Below, one piece after another: positions 27,036 through 35,315 of a DNA stretch of 64,000 nucleotides. The stretch covers positions 5,308-69,307 of the forward strand of contig JADLDC010000267.1 of the NCBI GenBank assembly GCA_020846885.1, read 5' to 3'. Numbering within the stretch: the stretch's first letter is position 1; each line of letters starts with the position of its first letter. Both the position numbers and the translations under genes were made by a program. This stretch comes from Acidobacteriota bacterium. Its GTDB lineage: Bacteria > Acidobacteriota > Blastocatellia > Pyrinomonadales > Pyrinomonadaceae. The notes beneath the pieces were generated by a model that made no database searches, was not told where the DNA came from, and saw only the letters and a program-made list of their open reading frames with translations.

Positions 27036-28823
27036 TTAGCTAACGGCCGCGAGCCGTTGATCGGCTGCGGGTTTTGGGTTGTTAAAGGCCGTTTCGAGAT
27101 CGGCCTCGGTGATGAAGGTTTCGCCGGCGAAGATCTCGACGAGACGGGATTTGATCTCGGTTAGCTCGGCGCATGGTTCGGACGGTGCACGGCCGTCGCG
27201 TTGGAGAAGTTCGAGGGCGTCGAAGAGGTCGATGCTCCGATCGAGGAGGCCGGCCGCTGCGGCTCCCGGTTCTGACAGGAAATGGGTCAATTCGTTCAGG
27301 CGGTCGGTGTCGCCGGTTTCGATTCGCCGCGGAAAATCGAGTATTTTTTCGCCGCGTTCGGCTTCGGCGATTTCGGTGTCGAGGCCGGGGACGATAAGAG
27401 GCACACTCCCCGCGGCCCGTGTTTCCGCCTTCAGGGCCGCGACGCGTTCCTTCTGTGAGGCCTTGAGAGCCTTTCTCGTCGTTTTGCCGCGTGTTTCGGG
27501 AAGAGATTTTTGCACGCCGACGGTGTCAGCTACGGCGACGACCTTTTGAATTGTGTATTGATCGCCGGCCGGCGTGACGCAGGCAAAGAAATCGTCGTCA
27601 TCGACCCAGTAAACCTCGATCTTTTGGCGGGCGACGGCGAGTTCCTGAAACGGAAATTCAGCTTTACGTGAAAGCTGATAGCGAACGCCGTCAACGCTGA
27701 TGGTGATATCCGGATGGATGCGGAGCAGGAGGTCGCGAGCCTTGAAAGCGGCGTCGAATTGATCAGGGTCGATCTTTCGAAAGGGATTGGTTGTCGCGCG
27801 GAAAGCGACGTTTGGGGCGATGCCGGTTGAGCGGTGCGTTCGGCTGTTGTCACGCTGGCAGATCAGATCAGCAAGCGTATTGAGTTTTTCGATCGTGGGT
27901 GCGTTGCCGAATTCGACCTTTATGCCGATCAGCTTTTCGTACTCTTCGATAGATTGATGCATGCGCTCGACCTTGCCGGTGGCCTGAGGACGGCCGGGCT
28001 CGTGCTGGAGCATTCGGAAGCCGCCAGAATCGGCAAATGCCTGGTTAAGGAAGTCGGCTCCGCGCCGTGTCCGCTTGTTGACGATAATGCTGTCGTTGTC
28101 GGTGTAAAGGATGAACGGGAGACCGAGAGTGCCAAACGCCTCTCTTAGAAAATCAACGACATGGACGGTATTCGCTTTCTGACAAGCGACGAACCGGATG
28201 AACTTCTTTCGGCTCTTGTCGTCGATCAGCGAAAATTTCCAAACGGGAACGCGGTCCATGCGGCGGTTGGGGTGATTTTTTGAAACATCGAGAACACCGG
28301 CCTTGAAAACGCGGCGGGTTTTAATGTCCATCCAGCGTTCCTTGACGCCGGAAATATCGAATTGGTAAACCTGGCCGGGAAACTCGGCCTCGAATGGTCG
28401 GTATGTCATACGCTGTGTTTGTGTCTGAACGCGGCTGATGCCGTGTTGGCGCAGATAGCGGCGGACGGTGCCGAGGCTGATCGCCGGAAGGTCGCCGAAT
28501 AAGTGAGGGTTGGTCTGGACGGTCATCGCCGCAAGCTCGGGCGAGACGCCCTGATTGGAGACGAATTCGGCGATGCCGCGAGTGGCGGAATTGCCCAATA
28601 GATCGACCTTTCGTTTTCCGGCGTCGGAGCGTTTTTTACGTCCAGGGCGAGCGGCCCTGGAAGCGGCGTAGATCCGCTCTTTATGAACACCGTAAAAGGA
28701 TGCCAGTGCCGCTACTTCGGCGGCGAGGCGAGGGCCTTTAAGCCCGGCGAGTCCGCGGGAGATATCTTGTCGATCGGTGTCGGATAATTTATACTTAGGC
28801 ATAGAAAGCGATCGTTTTCTCAA
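27036..28823 (-). CDS. DDE (rve-type) transposase, MuA-like
   Basis: Catalytic triad context QFDISG ... LYTDNDS ... GKVERMHQS. N-terminal HTH-like DNA-binding region. The track start is TTG 28823, and ATG 28802 (MPKYKL) is an alternative. Confidence 0.88.
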   Translation of the reverse strand: MRKRSLSMPKYKLSDTDRQDISRGLAGLKGPRLAAEVAALASFYGVHKERIYAASRAARPGRKKRSDAGKRKVDLLGNSATRGIAEFVSNQGVSPELAAMTVQTNPHLFGDLPAISLGTVRRYLRQHGISRVQTQTQRMTYRPFEAEFPGQVYQFDISGVKERWMDIKTRRVFKAGVLDVSKNHPNRRMDRVPVWKFSLIDDKSRKKFIRFVACQKANTVHVVDFLREAFGTLGLPFILYTDNDSIIVNKRTRRGADFLNQAFADSGGFRMLQHEPGRPQATGKVERMHQSIEEYEKLIGIKVEFGNAPTIEKLNTLADLICQRDNSRTHRSTGIAPNVAFRATTNPFRKIDPDQFDAAFKARDLLLRIHPDITISVDGVRYQLSRKAEFPFQELAVARQKIEVYWVDDDDFFACVTPAGDQYTIQKVVAVADTVGVQKSLPETRGKTTRKALKASQKERVAALKAETRAAGSVPLIVPGLDTEIAEAERGEKILDFPRRIETGDTDRLNELTHFLSEPGAAAAGLLDRSIDLFDALELLQRDGRAPSEPCAELTEIKSRLVEIFAGETFITEADLETAFNNPKPAADQRLAAVS

Positions 28824-28889
28824 GTCCTCTGAGAGAGGGGGATGATCGAGGCTGCGTGGCCGAACGTGGACACGCAGCCTCTTCTTGTT

Positions 28890-29552
28890 TTAGGCCGCGG
28901 CCCGCCGGATCTCCGGTTCGGCCGTCAAGCTTTTCAGATAGGCGACCCAATCCGCCAACTCAGGCTCGGACAAAAGGCTGCTGCTGCTTGTTTTGAACCT
29001 CCTGCTCAAAAGCCGATACCAGAGCGTTTTATCGTCGCCATAGATCAGGCCGCTCTCGGTGCCGAGTGCGTGGGCCTGAGCGATGAGGTTTGAGCGGTTA
29101 GACCGTTGCGGGGAACCGGCGACAAACTGAAGTTTGTCGGACTGTTTGAAATGGAGTTTAAGCAGGTCGATGCCGCGGATGCGCAACGCGCTTCGAAGGG
29201 CACGCGAGCTGGCGAGCCAGACGATCTGCTGGTCGCTCTGCTTTTCGCCGTCGATCGTTTCGTTGACGTTGGCAACGCCGACGGCACTTGCACCGGTCGT
29301 ATCGGGCCATTGAAGGCTGACGGAATATGCCACGCTGTCGGGGCTGACCGGCGGGACAGGCTCGATATTTACGTGGCTCGGTTTGTAAAGGCGGTTGAGC
29401 ATAACGCACTGCGTTTCGTAGCCAAGCAGCGGTTTAACATCGGCCGAGAAAAATACGATATCATCGGGTTCGGTGCCGTAGGTCGAGCTGATCTCGGCGA
29501 CCAGGTTGGCCTGTTCTTTGTTTAAAGGTCGCTTTGGTTTTTTGTCGTTCAT
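28890..29552 (-). CDS. hypothetical early protein
   Basis: ATG 29552 with GGAGA upstream. It contains one copy of the dispersed palindrome (29120-29139) in frame (SDKLQFVAG). Confidence 0.55.
   Translation of the reverse strand: MNDKKPKRPLNKEQANLVAEISSTYGTEPDDIVFFSADVKPLLGYETQCVMLNRLYKPSHVNIEPVPPVSPDSVAYSVSLQWPDTTGASAVGVANVNETIDGEKQSDQQIVWLASSRALRSALRIRGIDLLKLHFKQSDKLQFVAGSPQRSNRSNLIAQAHALGTESGLIYGDDKTLWYRLLSRRFKTSSSSLLSEPELADWVAYLKSLTAEPEIRRAAA
29120..29139 (+). repeat. palindrome family copy CGACAAACTGAAGTTTGTCG
   Basis: The arm positions changed relative to the consensus remain complementary (G...C). Located inside a minus-strand CDS. Confidence 0.85.
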
Positions 29553-29565
29553 GGTTCTCCTTAAC

Positions 29566-30351
29566 TTAGTCATTTAACAGATCGGCGATATGGTCGCCGT
29601 CAGTTTCTAAAAGCTCGATCGAATCGACGCCGATCTTTGAACTAAGCAGCGTGTTGATGCGATTGAACTGTGAAGCGAGCAGCAGCAATTGCCCGTCGGC
29701 GTATTGCAGAAGTTCGGCCTCGGTAGCCTGTTCAAGCTCGGCCGCGAGAGCGGCCAGGCCGCCAATGGCGACAGTGTGAACCTGGTCGAAGGTTGAGACG
29801 GTGCGGCCGGATGCGGGATCGTCCTCAATCTTAAGAAGTCTTTCCTTGAGACGGCGAAAGTCGTCTTTTCCTTTTTCGAGCTTTTTGGTCTTGTCGGCGT
29901 TTGATTTGGCGAGAGCGGAAACGAGCTCGATGAAGCGAGTTGTCTCGCCATGTCCGACATGCACGTCGCCGCTATCGGTGTGTACATAAATGCCTTCGGC
30001 GGAAATTTCGACCTGGCCGGCGGCGAGGAGTTTTCGTTTATGGAGCGGTATGCCGGAGATCGAAAAGAGATCGAATAGCTCGTCGCCCTCAGTTTCAAGT
30101 AGCTTTTTCCTGTTATAGAACTCATGCTTGGTCATCACCGAAACGTCAGAGTCCGCGAGATAATCGACGAACTGCTGATAGCCGAGTGCACGATATGCCT
30201 TGCATTCTTCGATCAGGATCAATGTTCGAACGACTTCGGCGGTGAGGTTGTTTGCGATGCGGTCGGTAGCCTGGATTCGGCCGAGCAAGAGTAGGGCTTT
30301 TTCCTTGTCCATTACCGGATTTTCTTCAACAGTTCGTTTTGGTGCTGCCAT
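29566..30351 (-). CDS. hypothetical early protein
   Basis: 261-aa ORF with helical, protein-like composition. No motif recognised. Confidence 0.55.
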   Translation of the reverse strand: MAAPKRTVEENPVMDKEKALLLLGRIQATDRIANNLTAEVVRTLILIEECKAYRALGYQQFVDYLADSDVSVMTKHEFYNRKKLLETEGDELFDLFSISGIPLHKRKLLAAGQVEISAEGIYVHTDSGDVHVGHGETTRFIELVSALAKSNADKTKKLEKGKDDFRRLKERLLKIEDDPASGRTVSTFDQVHTVAIGGLAALAAELEQATEAELLQYADGQLLLLASQFNRINTLLSSKIGVDSIELLETDGDHIADLLND

Positions 30352-30366
30352 AATTTTCTTTCTTAA

Positions 30367-30387
30367 AAATTCCGCTAAGCGGAATTT
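30367..30387 (-). terminator. hairpin AAATTCCGC-TAA-GCGGAATTT followed by a T-run on the minus strand (terminator or operator)
   Basis: Perfect 9-bp arms. On the transcribed (minus) strand the stem is followed by TTTTTAAG. Confidence 0.45.
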
Positions 30388-30429
30388 CAGTTTTCAATAA
30401 AATCAATAACTTACGGTCAAAAAGGTGCG

Positions 30430-30457
30430 AAAAAATTCCGTTATGGCGGAATTTTTT
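30430..30457 (-). terminator. hairpin AAAAAATTCCG-TTATGG-CGGAATTTTTT (bidirectional terminator-like, or operator)
   Basis: Perfect 11-bp arms sharing the core AATTCCG/CGGAATT with the 30367 hairpin. It lies in the 265-bp gap inside the leftward operon. Confidence 0.45.
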
Positions 30458-30616
30458 TACCATCCGCGTTGCTCCTTGAGGAGCTGGCGGAGGATGGCGA
30501 TCAGATCTTTCCGAATATCTATCGAGACATTCGGCCGAATCTGTTTGGATGGCCGTCCGCGGCGGCGTTCGATTTGCTGCCTGTTCCATGGATCGACGCG
30601 ATGGAGCGGAGCGGGT

Positions 30617-31195
30617 TCAAACATCGCTGTCCTCCAGAGCGTTCAAAAAATCGAATTCCTGCTGATCGGCAAGGATGGGGAACACGGCCCGTGCGGCATT
30701 CCAGATAGTCGCGAGCTGGGTCTTGGGTGCATGGCTGGCCCGACGCAGCCACTGTTTGCAATCGTCAAGATCGGTAATTATCCAATAGCCGGCGGGTGCG
30801 ATGCGGCGGTTGCCGACCGGAAGCCGCCAAACCCGGCGAAGTTCTTCGACCAGCGAGGCAAGTTTGCGAAGCTGTTCGGTGCGGGTCATCAAGGTGTCGG
30901 CGAAAAAGTAATCAAGCATCCGGCGCGTGTCGCACGGGCGGTCGCTGGTGAAATGCGTCAATGCACGGGCGAGGTCGAACGCCATTCGGCCGGGCTTTTG
31001 AGATTGTTTACCGAGAAGCAGGTAGGCCATTTGTGCCGCCGGGTTCCGCGTCGGGTGGCCGGCGTCAGACGATCGCGGACAGGCGGAGGCATAACCGGCG
31101 TAGTCAAGCCAGAAGCCGGTATCGAAGCACCGCTCGCAGCGATAGCGGAACGGGGCATTTGCGAACAACGGCATTCTTTCAGGGTCAATTCGCAT
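30617..31195 (-). CDS. hypothetical early protein
   Basis: ATG 31195 with GGAGG 10 nt upstream (MRIDPERMPLF...). The longer track ORF (to 31366) would overlap the upstream gene. Confidence 0.5.
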   Translation of the reverse strand: MRIDPERMPLFANAPFRYRCERCFDTGFWLDYAGYASACPRSSDAGHPTRNPAAQMAYLLLGKQSQKPGRMAFDLARALTHFTSDRPCDTRRMLDYFFADTLMTRTEQLRKLASLVEELRRVWRLPVGNRRIAPAGYWIITDLDDCKQWLRRASHAPKTQLATIWNAARAVFPILADQQEFDFLNALEDSDV

Positions 31196-31415
31196 ATTCG
31201 AGTGCCCTCCTTGCCCCGACCATCCTTTCGACGATCTCGGCTTCTTCGGCGATCCGTTCCCCGGCCCGCGGCGTGAAGCGGCACGCGGGGCAGAAATGAT
31301 AGCGGAGGCCGTTAAACCAGCGAGACTCGAAAGCCTCGCGGCTGGCCAGGTCGTTGAGGATCTCAACCTTGTGGCAGTCCTCGCATTGAATTACATCGAT
31401 CATTGCCAGGATCAT
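31185..31415 (-). CDS. small zinc-ribbon protein
   Basis: 76 aa with CEDC ... CPAC. GGGAGG upstream. The start overlaps the previous stop. Confidence 0.55.
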   Translation of the reverse strand: MILAMIDVIQCEDCHKVEILNDLASREAFESRWFNGLRYHFCPACRFTPRAGERIAEEAEIVERMVGARRALEYAN

Positions 31416-31651
31416 GCGGCCACCTCCCGTGCGAGAAGCGTGATCGATTCGACCGGGTAGAACGTAAACCAGCGGAGGCCTTCGCGTTTGACGGCCAAGG
31501 CGATGAGGCCGGGGCCGGTTTGAAAGATCCTGCCGGTAAACGAGCCGTCAAAATTTTCAGCCGCTTTGAAAAAGCCTTCACGAAGACGGAGCCGAACGCG
31601 ATCGCCTTTTCGCAGATTCATTGTGGTGTTGGCAAAGTCCTGTTTTGTCAT
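31412..31651 (-). CDS. hypothetical early protein
   Basis: 79-aa ORF with GAGGAG upstream, in an operon-packed arrangement. Confidence 0.5.
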   Translation of the reverse strand: MTKQDFANTTMNLRKGDRVRLRLREGFFKAAENFDGSFTGRIFQTGPGLIALAVKREGLRWFTFYPVESITLLAREVAA

Positions 31652-31902
31652 GACAGATCTGTCTCCTCAAGGATCCCGTAGGTATTTCGTCGGGCGACCG
31701 CAGCGGCCGATGCGTTTGCGAGCCGCGTATCGGCCCGCTGCTTGACCTGCCGGAGGTAGTTGGTACGCTCGTGATCAATGCGTCGCTGAACGGACGCGAG
31801 AATGTGCCGCTGCCCCATGCCGAAGCCGACAGCCAGGCCGACCATGGAACCCGAAAGAAAGAAACCGGCAAAGAGCGAGAGTACTGTTGTCCAGTCAGTC
31901 AT
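31648..31902 (-). CDS. small membrane protein
   Basis: ATG 31902 with GGAGG 5 nt upstream. TM helix VLSLFAGFFLSGSMVGLAVGFGMG. Confidence 0.5.
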   Translation of the reverse strand: MTDWTTVLSLFAGFFLSGSMVGLAVGFGMGQRHILASVQRRIDHERTNYLRQVKQRADTRLANASAAAVARRNTYGILEETDLS

Positions 31903-32126
31903 ACGGACCTCCGTTCGATTGCGGGTTGCGGATCGCGGATCGCGGATTCGTGTTCGGAGCAAAACCATCTGCCCGACGGCAGATGTGTCCAGCCGCCATC
32001 CTCGAAATATTCGACGGCCCCTACCCATGTACCGTCAAAATCGTCAGCGAAGAGCGGCTGGGCGTTGTAGATCCCGTTCCGGAAACACTCGGTGCAGTTG
32101 ACGACGAATTGAACGTTTACCTTCAT
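31899..32126 (-). CDS. hypothetical early protein
   Basis: ATG 32126 with GGAGG upstream. 75 aa (MKVNVQFVVNCTECF...). Confidence 0.5.
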   Translation of the reverse strand: MKVNVQFVVNCTECFRNGIYNAQPLFADDFDGTWVGAVEYFEDGGWTHLPSGRWFCSEHESAIRDPQPAIERRSV

Positions 32127-32410
32127 TCGGCACCTCCGTTTTTGACGGGATAGAGATGAAAGCTGACGGTGAAATGAGCGCCGAGGCTGATGCTGATCTG
32201 GCCGCCCAATCCGTAGGTTGAAACTTGCAAGGCCGTGCATGTTTGTTGTTCGTAATTAAGCCGGTCAATCTCATGGCGGATCGACGCGATGAAACCTTTC
32301 TCGTCGTAAACCAGTTGATTGCTCTCGTCCTGCAGGAAGCGAAGGGCGAGATGCTGAAGCTTGTTCTTGGGCTGGTTGAAGCTTGCAAGATGCGAGAAGT
32401 ATTTGATCAT
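32123..32410 (-). CDS. hypothetical early protein
   Basis: 95 aa. GGAGG 4 nt upstream of ATG 32410. Confidence 0.5.
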   Translation of the reverse strand: MIKYFSHLASFNQPKNKLQHLALRFLQDESNQLVYDEKGFIASIRHEIDRLNYEQQTCTALQVSTYGLGGQISISLGAHFTVSFHLYPVKNGGAE

Positions 32411-32898
32411 GCGGCCTCCTTTGAAGAACCCACCCGCTCACGCGAGGTGGTTCTGACTCGGTCGCGGGCGTTCATGGCCTTTATTGCCTCAATGATCTTG
32501 TTTGCTTCGGCGGATGTGCGGGGCCGCGGTTTTTTGATCATCCGGGTGCAGAGATTTTTGAGGCCGGCGTCGGTGATACCGCGGCCGGCGGCAAGATCAT
32601 TCAAAAACTTCATTTGTGCAGCGGTGGCGATCTGTGGAACGCCGCCCTTCTGACGACGATAATTCACCGTCCGGCGAGATGTCAGCCTGGAGCCCGGAGG
32701 GTTGAGGGGCTCGCCGCCGAGACGGTGAATTATCGCGTTGGCCTGGTCGAACGACAGACAGGATAAGCGTTCGACCAGACCGCCGGAAACCTGTGAAGCA
32801 ATATCTTCAAGAAATTCTTTCGGCTCCCAACCGGCCTCGCGTGCGGGCCGGCTGGCAAGGCCGAACATGCGCTTGATCTGTTCATTTGTCTTTAGCAT
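32407..32898 (-). CDS. GemA-like (Mu gp16 / DUF1018-like) regulatory protein
   Basis: Two repeats of the pattern seen in GemA family proteins (SCLSFDQANAIIHRLGG and TSAEANKIIEAIKAM). Located in the early operon of a Mu-like phage. Confidence 0.5.
   Translation of the reverse strand: MLKTNEQIKRMFGLASRPAREAGWEPKEFLEDIASQVSGGLVERLSCLSFDQANAIIHRLGGEPLNPPGSRLTSRRTVNYRRQKGGVPQIATAAQMKFLNDLAAGRGITDAGLKNLCTRMIKKPRPRTSAEANKIIEAIKAMNARDRVRTTSRERVGSSKEAA
32425..32454 (+). repeat. solitary copy of hairpin AGAACCCACCCGCTCACGCGAGGTGGTTCT
   Basis: Same stems as the 36.0-kb and 47.0-kb copies with a different loop (TCAC). It lies at the 3' end of the GemA-like gene. Confidence 0.8.
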
Positions 32899-32920
32899 TT
32901 AACGGATCTCCTTTTCGGAA

Positions 32921-33373
32921 TTAAGACAGGTCAAACTGAAGTTTGACGGTGATCATGTTGCTGACGGAGATGGTCGGGCGGGTTTCGTCAATATCAACGC
33001 GGAGGCCGGGGAAGAGATTCATCTGTTCGATGCGGCCGTCCTTGAGATTTCGGCGTTGCAGCTCGGCCTCCATCTGGTTGAAGGCGGTGATGTACGCCTC
33101 CTGCCAGATGGTCGCTTCCGTGCCGGTAAACGACATAGCGATCATTGCAAAGCCGTCGCGGGTAACGTTGAAGATCGGGTGCGGTTTTCCGTTGCGTCCG
33201 ATGTAGGTTGAGCCGTCAAAATTAACGGCTGAAAACGCCGCTGAACAATCGAGCATCTTGTTTCGAATAGCCTTCAACACATTGTCGTGAGACTTCTGGA
33301 AGTGAGCGGAAATGTCGAGTGATGTGGCGTACGCCTGGCCGTGGATGACTTTTAGTTTTGGTCCGTTTTTCAT
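32921..33373 (-). CDS. Rha family phage regulatory protein
   Basis: The N-terminal domain VIHGQAYATSLDISAHFQKSHDNVLKAIRN ... FNVTRDGFAMIAMSFTG matches the Phage_pRha pattern. Confidence 0.75.
   Translation of the reverse strand: MKNGPKLKVIHGQAYATSLDISAHFQKSHDNVLKAIRNKMLDCSAAFSAVNFDGSTYIGRNGKPHPIFNVTRDGFAMIAMSFTGTEATIWQEAYITAFNQMEAELQRRNLKDGRIEQMNLFPGLRVDIDETRPTISVSNMITVKLQFDLS
32930..32947 (+). repeat. palindrome family copy GTCAAACTGAAGTTTGAC
   Basis: Core AAACTGAAGTTT is intact and the outer arms differ but stay complementary. It covers the last codons of the Rha gene. Confidence 0.75.
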
Positions 33374-33400
33374 ATTTCCTCCGAGAGAGAGTTTTTGATA

Positions 33401-33646
33401 CTAAGCGACGTTCTTGAGCCGCACTTTCGGTCGATAGGCTTCGGGCCGGGAGAGCTTAAGGCCAAATTCGTCCTTCAGCCTGAGAGCCAGCGATGGATAC
33501 CAACGGCGGGCGTAGAACAGATCTGACAGCATTTGTGCCAAAGACCGGAGGCGTGTGTCCGTCGCCCCGGGCTCAATCCGCCGGGCCATTTCAGCCAGCG
33601 TCAGCTCGCGGTCGATCATGAATTTCTTGATTTCCTTGTAGTTCAT
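33401..33646 (-). CDS. Ner/Cro-like small HTH DNA-binding protein (first gene of the leftward early operon)
   Basis: ATG 33646 (MNYKEIKKFMIDRELTLAEMARRI...) with GGAAG upstream. It is divergent from the repressor gene. Confidence 0.6.
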   Translation of the reverse strand: MNYKEIKKFMIDRELTLAEMARRIEPGATDTRLRSLAQMLSDLFYARRWYPSLALRLKDEFGLKLSRPEAYRPKVRLKNVA

Positions 33647-33765
33647 TGTTATGCTTCCCTGTTGCTTTAACTTCAAAGCCTTTGTGAGCGGATCGCCGGC
33701 TCATTTTTCTGTCGGCGATACTTTTAGCTCAGGCTTTATAGAAACGCTAGAAGAATATTACGGTA
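33647..33765. promoter_or_regulatory. divergent regulatory region between the Ner/Cro-like gene and the repressor
   Basis: 119-bp gap containing the inverted repeat ATCGCCG-N14-CGGCGAT and AT-rich stretches. Promoters are inferred from the divergent gene arrangement only. Confidence 0.4.
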
Positions 33766-34575
33766 ATGTCGAAATCACGTCAGGGCAAAAATACGACAAT
33801 CTCGAATTATCCAGGCATGTGGGAGCGCATTACTGACGCGCTCGCGACTATTAGGACCAATGAAATTGCGTCGGCTTTAGAGGTTTCGGTGTCCCTTGTC
33901 TCTGACTGGAAAGCGGGGAGAGCGTTCCCGACCCTGGTTCATTTGTTCAAGATTGCGGAAATAGGACACACGTCGCTCGACTGGATTGTAACTGGCGAAT
34001 CCCCGAGGAACCTCGAAATAAAAGTCGATGACCAACTCACATCCTTCTCAGGAATCGATCGAAGATTCATTTTGAGTTTAGCCAACGAGAATGGGGCCAC
34101 CATCGAAGAGACGGTCCGACGTTTGGTCAATGACGGGCTTGCTGCCCACGGGCACGTAAAACCGGAGTTGGAGGAATTACGAGAAGCCGACTGGAAGACA
34201 ATACTGCTGATATTGAAGCGAATCGACAACATGCCCAGGGCGGATAGTCACAATTTCGGAATGAAGCTGATCAATCTTGTCGTAAACAAGCTCATTCGAA
34301 CGTCGGTTAAGGACCGGCAGGCTGAGCCTCAGGATTTTGGAACGGTCGATGAATTCGACTTTTCACGTGCAATGGAGGAGACAAACGATCCGCATGAAAT
34401 TATGCGGCGTTGGTTTACGAGCGAAGGGCGTGAATATCCGGAAGACTTTGGCGTCGTGTTCTTTCAAGGATGGGAAAGTTTCTCCGAGCAAGAGAAGCTC
34501 GACGCTATTAACGATGCGAAGAAGGTGCTCGACAGGACGTTGAAATCTCGAAAAGGAGCGAAAACAAAACGATGA
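33766..34575 (+). CDS. phage repressor-like XRE-family HTH protein (no S24 peptidase domain seen)
   Basis: N-terminal HTH NEIASALEVSVSLVSDWKAGRAFPTLVHLFKIAEIGHTSLDWIVTGE. It is divergent from the early operon. Confidence 0.7.
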   Translation: MSKSRQGKNTTISNYPGMWERITDALATIRTNEIASALEVSVSLVSDWKAGRAFPTLVHLFKIAEIGHTSLDWIVTGESPRNLEIKVDDQLTSFSGIDRRFILSLANENGATIEETVRRLVNDGLAAHGHVKPELEELREADWKTILLILKRIDNMPRADSHNFGMKLINLVVNKLIRTSVKDRQAEPQDFGTVDEFDFSRAMEETNDPHEIMRRWFTSEGREYPEDFGVVFFQGWESFSEQEKLDAINDAKKVLDRTLKSRKGAKTKR

Positions 34576-35012
34576 AAAATTCTCTCACTATGAAGACCAT
34601 TTTCCTAATAATTTTGATTCTGATAGCTGGTCTGGCAATTAGCGGACAGTCTACTGATCCAGCTAAGTTTTCTGATCTTAATGACGCAGAGAAGAAACTG
34701 CTGGATGATGTAATGGCCGCAAGAGCAAATATGTCGGGATGTGGGCTCGTCCCCGAATCGGAAAGTTGCAAAAAGACGAATTATGAACAGGTTTATCGCG
34801 AAGCCGTAAGAAAAGCAGTCGCGAACCCGAATGTTCTGCTCGCAATTGCCACCAGTGCGGCTCAAAATTACGATGCCTTTCGCCTCGCCCCGAAATCAGC
34901 TCCGCAGGCATCTCAAATCGCCGATCAACAAAATGCGGAATTGTTGCGGGTGATCGTATTCCAAAACCAACGGATCATCGAGCTACTCGACCAGCTAGTG
35001 AAAAAGAAATAG
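34572..35012 (+). CDS. secreted or membrane-anchored moron protein
   Basis: Signal/TM segment MKTIFLIILILIAGLAISG. The local sequence is visibly AT-richer than its surroundings. Confidence 0.55.
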   Translation: MKNSLTMKTIFLIILILIAGLAISGQSTDPAKFSDLNDAEKKLLDDVMAARANMSGCGLVPESESCKKTNYEQVYREAVRKAVANPNVLLAIATSAAQNYDAFRLAPKSAPQASQIADQQNAELLRVIVFQNQRIIELLDQLVKKK

Positions 35013-35027
35013 GGGTGAAGGTTGGTG

Positions 35028-35315
35028 ATGCAAGAATATCGGCGACAGTGTAACGCGTGCGGGAAGGTCTGGCACTCGCTGGTCTCGCGCGAGAGCCAGG
35101 TAGAATCGATCGGGAGGGTTGGGACTTTGACTTCGTGTGGTCGGGCGATACAAGCATGCGGGAGTGGACGGCGCGACGAAGCCGCTCGAAGGGCGCAAGC
35201 GGATCGGAATATTCAGGCCGGACGGAGCGAACTGCAACGGATGCAGAGTTGCCCGGACTGCGGATCGGCGAGCTATCAGCAGATCGTGATCGACCATGCC
35301 CATCGGCTTCATTAA
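35028..35315 (+). CDS. zinc-ribbon protein
   Basis: CNAC ... CPDC pairs. ATG 35028. Confidence 0.45.
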   Translation: MQEYRRQCNACGKVWHSLVSRESQVESIGRVGTLTSCGRAIQACGSGRRDEAARRAQADRNIQAGRSELQRMQSCPDCGSASYQQIVIDHAHRLH

